NCBI GenBank assembly: GCA_951406725.2 | Contig: OX597827.1 | Coordinates: forward strand, 71,114,001 to 71,178,000 | Length of the DNA: 64,000 nt | DNA from: Octopus vulgaris | Taxonomy: Eukaryota | Direction of reading: 5' to 3' | Part shown: positions 53,389 through 62,779 of the stretch, piece by piece | Layout of the letters: every line of letters begins with the position of its first letter | How positions within the stretch are numbered: position 1 is the stretch's first letter | The notes under the pieces: generated by a model | Databases searched by the model: none | Told to the model about the DNA's origin: nothing | The model's input: the letters and a program-made list of their open reading frames with translations, nothing else | Translations under genes and position numbers: made by a program

Positions 53389-56300
53389 CACACACACACA
53401 CACATATATATATCATGATGTAGATTCATCATGATGAGTTTCTGCAGTTTTTTGTTTTTCTTTTATCAGAATTACTTTGTTTAATTTATCATTTCCCATT
53501 TCTTTTACAGCTTCTTCAACAATATATCGACACATCCATGAAACAGATTGAAGAAAAAAATGATGTCCAAAGGTAGCTTTATTTTCTCCTTCAGTTTCTC
53601 ACAAACTGAAAAAATTTTATCATGTGTGTGTGTGTGTATATGTATGTATATGCATTTCTTTATTGCCCACAAGGAGCTAAACATAGAGGGGACAAACAAG
53701 GACAGACAAAGAGATTGTCGATTGCATCAACCCCAGTGCATAACTGGTACTTTATTTATCGACCCCGAAAGTCGACCTCGGCGGAATTTGAACTCAGAGT
53801 TTAACAGCAGACGAAATACTGCTAAGCATTTCGCCTGGCGCGCTAACGTTTCTGCCAGCTCGCCGCTGTGTGTATATGTTTGTGTGAATGTTTTCATTCT
53901 GTGCTGGCTTGAAAAATCCCTGAGCTCTGGGCAGTTTGTTTCTTTATATTTCCCTCGTCAACCAATTGTCTGGTAGCTCTTTGATTTCAGACACAACTGG
54001 AATGAAATCTCCATCACTTGGAAAGTGGGTAAGGATTAGCAACAAGAAGATGCAGGCATGGCTGTGTGGTTATGAACCTTACTTCCGAACCATTTAGTCT
54101 TGGGTTCAGTCCCACTGCATGGCATCTTAGACATGTGTTTTCTACTCTAGCCCCGGACCCACCAAATCCTTATGAGTGGATTTGGTAGGTGGAAACTGAA
54201 AGAAGCCTGTTGTGTATGTGTGTGCATGTTTTGTGTGTACCCTTGACTAGACATCTTGTGATGATTGTAACATGATCATCATCATCATACAAGGGAGTTT
54301 GTTTACAGTCTTCCGTGGTAAATATGTCCGGCCACAGGGAATATAACTTTGTTTGGAAACGGGTGAAGGTTGGTGACAGGAAGGGCATCCAGTCGTAGGG
54401 AATCTGCCTCAACAAATTCCTTCTGGCCCATGGAAAATCATCATCATCATCATTGTTTAACATCCGCTTTCCATGCTAGCATGGGTTGGACGGTTCAACT
54501 GGGGTCTGGGAAGCCAGAAGGCTGCACCAGGCTCCAGTCTGATCTGGCAGTGTTTCTACAGCTGGATGCCCTTCCTAATGCCAGCCACTCCTTGAGTGTA
54601 GTGGGTGCTTTTTACGTGCCACCTGCACAGGTGCCAGACGAGGCTGGCAAACGGCCACGAACGGATGGTGCTTTTTACGTGCCACCAGCACAGGGGCTAG
54701 ACAGTGCTGGCAAACGGCCACGATCGGATGGTGCTTTTTACGTGCCACTGGCAGGCCAGTGGATGTTAAATGATGATGGATATACATCTGCAAAGCAATG
54801 CCTGAACAATATATATTCATCTAATCTAGGCGTTCTCTACCAGGATCGATGTGGGCCCCTGGGACTCCATATAAAATTGATTGAAGCAGCAGGGGGTGGG
54901 GGGTCTATTCAAACAAAATAGTAATTTGGGGATCAACAGTGTTTTATTTTAGATGGATTTATTGCAAGAAACAGCTGGGTCTCTTTCTCTAATGATTAAC
55001 CCTTTCGTTACCATGTGTCTGTTGAGATGCTCTGTGTTTCTTTCAATTAATTTTAAATATAACAAAGAATTTAGTAAAATAACTTAGTTATCATTCAGCA
55101 AGTGTTAGGGACATAAATTGTGACTAAGGTTTGGTAGAAGATTTTAATTCAAAACTTAAGAAAACAAGACATTTGTACTACAGAGCCAGAGCTGGTTTCC
55201 ACTGGGTTGGTATCAAAAGGGTTAAGAATTGTTTCTCTATTATATATTTTAACCCTTTTGGTACTGTATTTATTTTGAGGTGCTCTGTGTTTCTTTCAAT
55301 TAATTTTAAATATAACAAAGAATTTAGTAAAATAACTTAGCTATCATTAAGCTAGTGTTAGGAACATAAATTGTGATTAAGGTTTGGTGGAAGATTTTAA
55401 TTCAAAACTTATGAAAACAAGACATTTGTACTACAGAGCCAGAGCTGGTTTCAGCCAGGTTGGTAACAAAAAGGTTAAGAATTGTTTCTCTATTATATAT
55501 TTTAACATAGTTCAACGTGCTTCTTGCTAATGTATGTAAATGAATGTGTGAAAACCTAAATGGGAATTTCGAAAGAAGTATCTATGACTAGTTTTTTTAA
55601 ACATTGAATAGCTATGGGGGGGGGGGTCCACCAGCATAGGATAGTAATCAAAGGGGTCCTCACATAAAAAATTATTGAGAACCACTGATCTAACCCATGC
55701 TACCATTGAAAAATGTATGTAAAACACACTAGTCAAGTCCATCTCAAACATAAAAAAATAAAATATATGTAACATGGTTTTTTTAATAAAAAAAAATGAT
55801 GACAATGAATCCTTCATTGCTTTTGAAAGTGTCAACCTATTTGAGACTTTTTTTTTCTTTTTGTCCCTTCAGGTGTATTCTGCTTGATCTCTGCATCTTA
55901 ATGACATCATCAGCAAACAATGACCAAGTGAAGTCTCTCTTCCAGTTGGCATCATCAAACTTAAAGGTGAGCAGATTTGTCACAGTTGTTGTTATTTAGC
56001 CCCAGGTCAGCTTTGATCAAGGTGTTCCAGTTTGGATCGGCCTTTTGTGTTGTTTTTTTTATATTTTTATAACCAGATTCATTCAATGATAATAACTTCA
56101 TTTTCATTGCATGGCACTTGGCTTCTTGGGCAAGTTCCTTCTACTATATCACTGGTCAAACCAATGCCCCGTGAATGAATTTGTAATCCCTCTATAACCC
56201 CATTGTGTGTGTGTGTGTATATATATATATATCTGTTCGCCGGGAGCTGCACAAAGCTGGATTTCATGAGAGGACTGCAATCAGAAAACCATTATTTCCA

Positions 56301-59300
56301 AAAACAAATGTTGCAAAGCATTAAGAGTGGAGTAAAAACCTACAGAATTGGTCCCTAGAACAGTGGAAGAATGTTATTTTCTCAGACGAGTCATCCTTTA
56401 CCTTATTTCCAACCACCAGCCGAGTATACATGTGGAGACAGCCAAAAGAAGCATTTGACCCAGACTGCCTTCTTCCAACTTTGATACAGTAGAGCACTCA
56501 ATAGAAATTCAGTATATAATATTCACATAGAATATATTTAACTAAAGATTTATTGTGTATATATAATAAGCAGTGTATGTATATATTATCATATGTGTGT
56601 GTAATAAACATAATGCAGTTGTGTACATATATAACAAACATTGTGTGCATGTGTATATATATTATAAACATAGTGCATCTGTTTATATATTTATGTGTAT
56701 ATTTCATTTTTTTCAGTCCTCCTATCATAGCCTCCAGAAGAAATGCTATCGTCTCTTGGAGGAGATCTTTGGAAACTCTTCCGAAGCTTCCGCGCAGTTT
56801 GTGAATCAAGAATTGACCCCCATCAAGGAATTGCTGGTCACTTCTCTCTCCACCTCAGCTTTATCCTCAAAAGGAGTAAGTGTTTCTCATTTGGCTTCGT
56901 TTCCTGTCTTGTTGGGTCATCAGCTTTTTGGTTTTCTGTTAACCCTTTAGTGTTTAAACCGGCCATATCCAGCCAAAATATTCTATCTATTTTATGTTCA
57001 AACTAGTCAGATATGGTCATTCATAGCTACCTTATTGTGTCGTTTTAAAAATAAACAATCACATCATTGAAATCTCAAAGTCATGAAATGATGCAAGATT
57101 AATTTTACATGGTGTGAATACATAAGCTTTACATTTGACAGAATAATCTGAATGCTAAAGGGTTAACCCTTTTGTTATATTTTTTAACAAAGACACACCT
57201 TCCTTGTGCGCTGAGCATTCCAATTAAATTTTAAAATAACACTGAATTTAGACAGGTTTTGTAAACCAACCAGAACTTTGGTGTGTTTTAATATATTAAT
57301 TACTTTAATATCTTAAAATGTTGTAATGGGAACACATCCTAATAAGGGTTCTTTGATAAATCTATCAGAGATTTACTGGTGAGCTTTGAGCTGGTTAGCA
57401 TACAACTAAGAGCAGTTTGAAAGCAGGTTGGTAACCAGAGGTTTAATATTGGGCAGGGCTATGTTGCTGATTGTGATCCTTGTATTTTGGGGTGAACTAA
57501 ATCTAATGTTGGAGTGTCTGTGTTGTATCACCTTTGACAAGACCATTGGTAACATAAGCAGCCTGAAATTGGTATTGAAACCTGATCATGGACCCGGTTA
57601 CTATATGGTTACTTCATTCCATGGCTGGGTGGTTAAGAAGCTTGCTTCCCAACCATGTGGTCTTGGGTTCAGTCCCACTGTTAGGCACCTTAGGCACTTC
57701 TCCTATAGCCCAGGTTGACTAAAGCCTTGTGGGTGAATTTGGTAGACAGAAAGTTTCATATATGTATGTGCATTGGTGTGTACCCTTGTCTAGCTAGATA
57801 TCATGTAATATTTGTAAACAAGTGATATTAAGTCTTCCGTGAAAAACGTGTCTGGGCATGAGGAAATATTACCTTGCTTGGAGACAAATGAGGGTCGGCA
57901 ACAGCAAGGGCATCTGGCTGCACAAAACTACTATATACCTCTGGGAGGTGTTAATCTGTTTTAGCCTGGTCTCTATCCTTTGACCTTTCCAGCAAGGGAA
58001 ACTATACCAGGAGCTTGCACTCGACTGACCTAGCTCTCAGGGCCATTGAGACATACAAACTACCACACTGCAACAGGAACTGAACCTCTTAGTGAACTAT
58101 GTCCAATAGCTAGCTATATTACACCACTTAAAGCAGCCATATGTGGCCCAAATATTCTACAGGTTTTATGCTCAAATTGGCCATCATGGAAAAGTAAATG
58201 TTAAAACAATGAAAATGTTATATATAAACAGCAGGTTGCAATGTTTCACCCAAAAAGAGAATTATGATTGTGACTAAATGTAACTAAGGTGTTAAAAAAC
58301 ATCTACATTGCTAGAAAGAAGAGCTCAAATGCTGTAGTTAATGCAATGAATGAAAACATATACACTAACAGAAACTATAATTGTCTGAAAAGTGCCAACT
58401 GAGAGTTCTTAAGACAGACGTCAGTTTCAGCAGTTTCCATTGCCTCTTAGGTCAGCTCACTGTTTGGCTTTATATATATACATATATAATGATAATCAGT
58501 TCTGCTACTCCTTCAATAACAACAAACAGCCTTAGTCTTTTGATCTCTGTAAAAATAGTTGTGTCTTTTAAAACGTGGTTGGATTTCACTTCCAGTAATT
58601 CTATATATATATACATACATACACACACACACACATATATATATACTTCATAGAAACATGCATGTATACAGACATGCACATTGTGTAATTATATCATATC
58701 ATATATTTTCACTTTTCATTTCGTCAGCCACGTTTGCGATGTCTGCTCCATGTGGTGAAAAAGTTGGAAAAAAGTGAGACGGATTTTATCCAATCAATCA
58801 TCCCTGAGGTAAGAAAAACACTTGTCTTTGTATATCTAGAGCTTTGTGTCTTAGTGAGTAAACACTAAATAGAGAGAGAGAGAGATATAGCATCTGTGTG
58901 TGTAGGTATGAAAGGCAAAAAAAAAAAAAGAATTCAAATAATGTCCTCTCATGTGTTTATTCCACCCATATTTCACAGATAATCCCTTATTACTCGACAT
59001 CAGAAATTCAAAGGACCACTGTTTGGCCCAATGATATTCACCAAATTGAATGTAAAATAAATACACACACGCTCACACATATAAAGTAGACTGTTGTGAG
59101 AAGACTATATTTTAGGCCTCTACATGTACTATGCCGATGTTATAAATGTGTAGGATTAGGTAGCTGTAATATACAGCGGTTAAGGCGGTGAGCTGGCAGA
59201 AGCGTTAGCACTCCGGGCAAAATGCTTAGCGGTATTTCGCCTGCCGCTACGTTCTGAGTTCAAATTCCGCCAAGGTCGACTTTGCCTTTCATCCTTTCGG

Positions 59301-62244
59301 GGTCGATAAATTAAGTACCAGTTACACTCTGGAGTCGATTTAATCGACTTAATCCCTTTGTCTGTCCTTGTTTGTCCCTTCTGTGTTTAGCCCCTTGTGG
59401 GTAGCAAAGAAATATGTAATATACAGCTGTATTTAATAAGGCACCACCCATGCCAGCGTGGGAAACAAAAGTTGGATGATGATGATGACACACACACACA
59501 CACCCACATGTATTTAATAAGGCACCACCCATGCCAGCGTGGAGTACAAAACGTTTATTGGTATGATGATGATGACACACATTTGCTCATGTAGTCTGGA
59601 TCACATTGACATGTGCCATGTATCACTATTTTGATTGGACACCATATTGCACCTTGTTCATTGAAAGCCTTTATTTCTGCAGGAATTTTTGTTTTCATAT
59701 TCTCCAGTTCCTATAATGGAGTTAAGTGCCTTGAATGACATGGAATTAAACCATGATGGCTTACTGTTTACCCATGTGTATTACCATGTGTGTTCTGCTG
59801 TATTCAGTGATTTATTATCTCTCTCTATATAAACGGCAGTTTGTCTGTGCGTGTTTCTGTGTGTCTGTTTGCTTGTACACTCACTCTGACCAGGCTTTCA
59901 ACCGATTCTGATGAAACTTGACACACACATAGCCCAATGTCATAATTCAAAACTAACGCAGCGAAAATTTTGAAAAGTTCCCCCAGTTCTGAAAAAAATC
60001 GATAAATTCGACATGGGGTCGAGAATCAGAAACACAAACCGCAAACTGTCTAGGGGGCGCAACTCCACCTTTTTTTACTCTAAAAATGCTGTATTCTGCT
60101 GTATTCAGTGATTTATTATATTCATATATATAAATGCATCAATGAGACAATCACTATTCTGTAGCTTAATAAATGGAACATAGTAGTGACCTACCATTAT
60201 GTCCCACTTCTTTAAGCTGTTCACTCCCTATGGAGTATAAGCCATTGGCCACTTTTCTCCAGTCTTTGGCTCAGGGTAGATAGACCCTCCTCTCTCAGGT
60301 CTTGTTGGCTTTGAATTCTCATTGATGCTTCAATAGCTTTGATTTTTTCTTAAGTATATACAGGAGACCAAGACCTTTGGAGATGTGCTGTTATTGAGAA
60401 GGCCCAGCAACTAATGTGAGATCACAGCCATGGCTGATGTCAGTGTTGCATGTCCAGCCCATTATAAAGTACCCTTGACGCATCAGGTGATATGATATTC
60501 TTGAGAAGACCTATTGAGTCAAGTAAAACCAAAATCTTAGCTGTGGCCAATACCCCGTGTCTGGCTCTCGTGCCAGTGGTATGTAAAAAGCATCATCTAA
60601 GTGTGGTCAATGCCAGGTCCGCTTGATTGGCTCCCATGCCGGTGGCATGTAAATTGCACCCACTACACTCTTGGAGTGGTTGGTGTTAGGAAGGGCATCC
60701 ACCTGTGGAAACATTGCCAGGTCAGATTGGAGCCCTGTGCAGCTGCTGGCTTTCCAGACCTCAGTCAAACCGTCCAACTTGTGCCAGCATGGAAAACAGA
60801 CGTTAAACAATGATGATAGCTGTCGGCTCTATGCAAACCCATTTTTACTTCTGGGAAGAGGTGATCCATATTAGTCTGGCCTCTATTCTTTGACCTGTCC
60901 AGCATGAGAGGCCCAGGCACTCAGGCCATTGCACTTCAACAAGGGATGCACTTTGTGGTTATCTATGTCCAGTAGCCTACACCATTGACACTCCATTCTG
61001 TTTAACTCTTTAGCATTTAAACCTTCCATATAAGGCCCAAATGTTCTACATATTTTATGTTCAAACTGGCCACATCTGGCCTCTTACACCTACCCTACAA
61101 TATCATTCTTAGATATTAAGTTACCTCATCGAAATCTCAAAGCTACAAGACAATGCATGATTAATTCCAAATAACGTAATTAAATAAGCATTACATTTGA
61201 CAGAATAATCTGAATGCTAAAGGGTGGTTAATAGCTCACTAATTCTTCTCTACCGTTGTTTGTCTTCTGCAGGCCATTCTCTGTACACGTGAAACAGGAT
61301 CCCGAGCCAGGCGTGCTGCTTACACTCTCTTGACAGAATTGGCTTCTACAATGATTCGATGTGCTGATAAAGATGCTGAACGATCGAGTAAGTGACAGTA
61401 ACTGTTTGTACCATTAGTACTACTGTGCTGCTTTACTGCTGTGTGGTGATTTATATACAGGGTGCGGTGAACAAATTGTCATCTAAATTACGCAAAAATG
61501 AAAATATCACTGACTTCTCAATTTAACAGATATATTTACCAAAATTACATAAAAATATCTTGAAATATTAAAGAGTGAATTTATTCAATAAAATCGCCAT
61601 TGGCTTCAATCATGGCCTCCAGACGACTTCGGAATCCTCTGCAACTCTTCTAGGACAGTCTCCTTGTTTAAGTTGGTCAATATTGCCATAATCCTTGCCT
61701 TCAGTTCATCTTTGGTGTTACAAGGGATTTTGTTGGTCTCTCACTCAACTGTGCCCACACACAATAATCAAGGAGGTTGGAGGAATTGTCTGACAACCAT
61801 GACTGGCTTCTCCTGTTTGTGTGGCATGGTGCAGAGTCCTGTTACCAGACATATATATCTATATATAAAGCTGAAGTTGTCTGTGTATGGCAGGTTTGGT
61901 AACCTTCAACTAACACTATCTCCTCCGAGACCCTGCAGCGCAAGTTGACCAAAGTTGAGAGTATGATAGAAGAAGGCTTGCTCTTCCTTCCGTAGAAGAA
62001 AAAAATTCAAATTGTACCATGTTAACACCAAAAATTATTTGCATCAAAAAGGTGCTTTTTTTTCCTATGAAAATCACTATTTTTTTTACAATTTTTTGAC
62101 TGTTCTAATGCCATTTTTCGGTGTATTTCAACCAGAAAAATGTTCACTTAAAGAAAATAAGTTGCATAATGCAAAATTTTTACTTTTCAAAAACTCCAAT
62201 TCTAAAGGGTGGAAACAAACCCGAGCAACACCGGGCAATACTGC

Positions 62245-62290
<46 letters not shown>

Positions 62291-62734
62291 GGAGCACTCC
62301 GTCGGTTATGACGATGAGGGTCCCAGCTGATACGATCAATGGAACAGCCTGCTCGTGGAGTTAACGTGCAAGTGGCTGAGCACCCCACAGACATGTGTAC
62401 CCTTAACGCAGTTCTCGAGGAGATTATTCAGTGTGACAAGGCCGGCCCTTCGAAATACAGGTACAACAGAAACAGGAAGAAAGAGTGAGAGAAAGTTGTG
62501 GTGAAAGAGTACAGCAGGGTTCACCACCATCCCCTGCCGGAGCCTCGTGGAGTTTTAGGTGTTTTCGCTCAATAAACACTCACAACGCCCAGTGGTTGGC
62601 GTTAGGAAGGGCATCCAGCTGTAGAAACACTGCCACATCTGACTGGCCTGGTGCAGCCTTCGGGCTTCCCAGACCCCAGTTGAACCGTCCAACCCGTGCT
62701 AGCATGGAAAGCGGACGTTAAACGATGATGATGA

Positions 62735-62779
<45 letters not shown>

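Noticed and set aside
54370-54921. 183-aa ORF
   Set aside because: Antisense read of the multi-copy RTE-tail repeat
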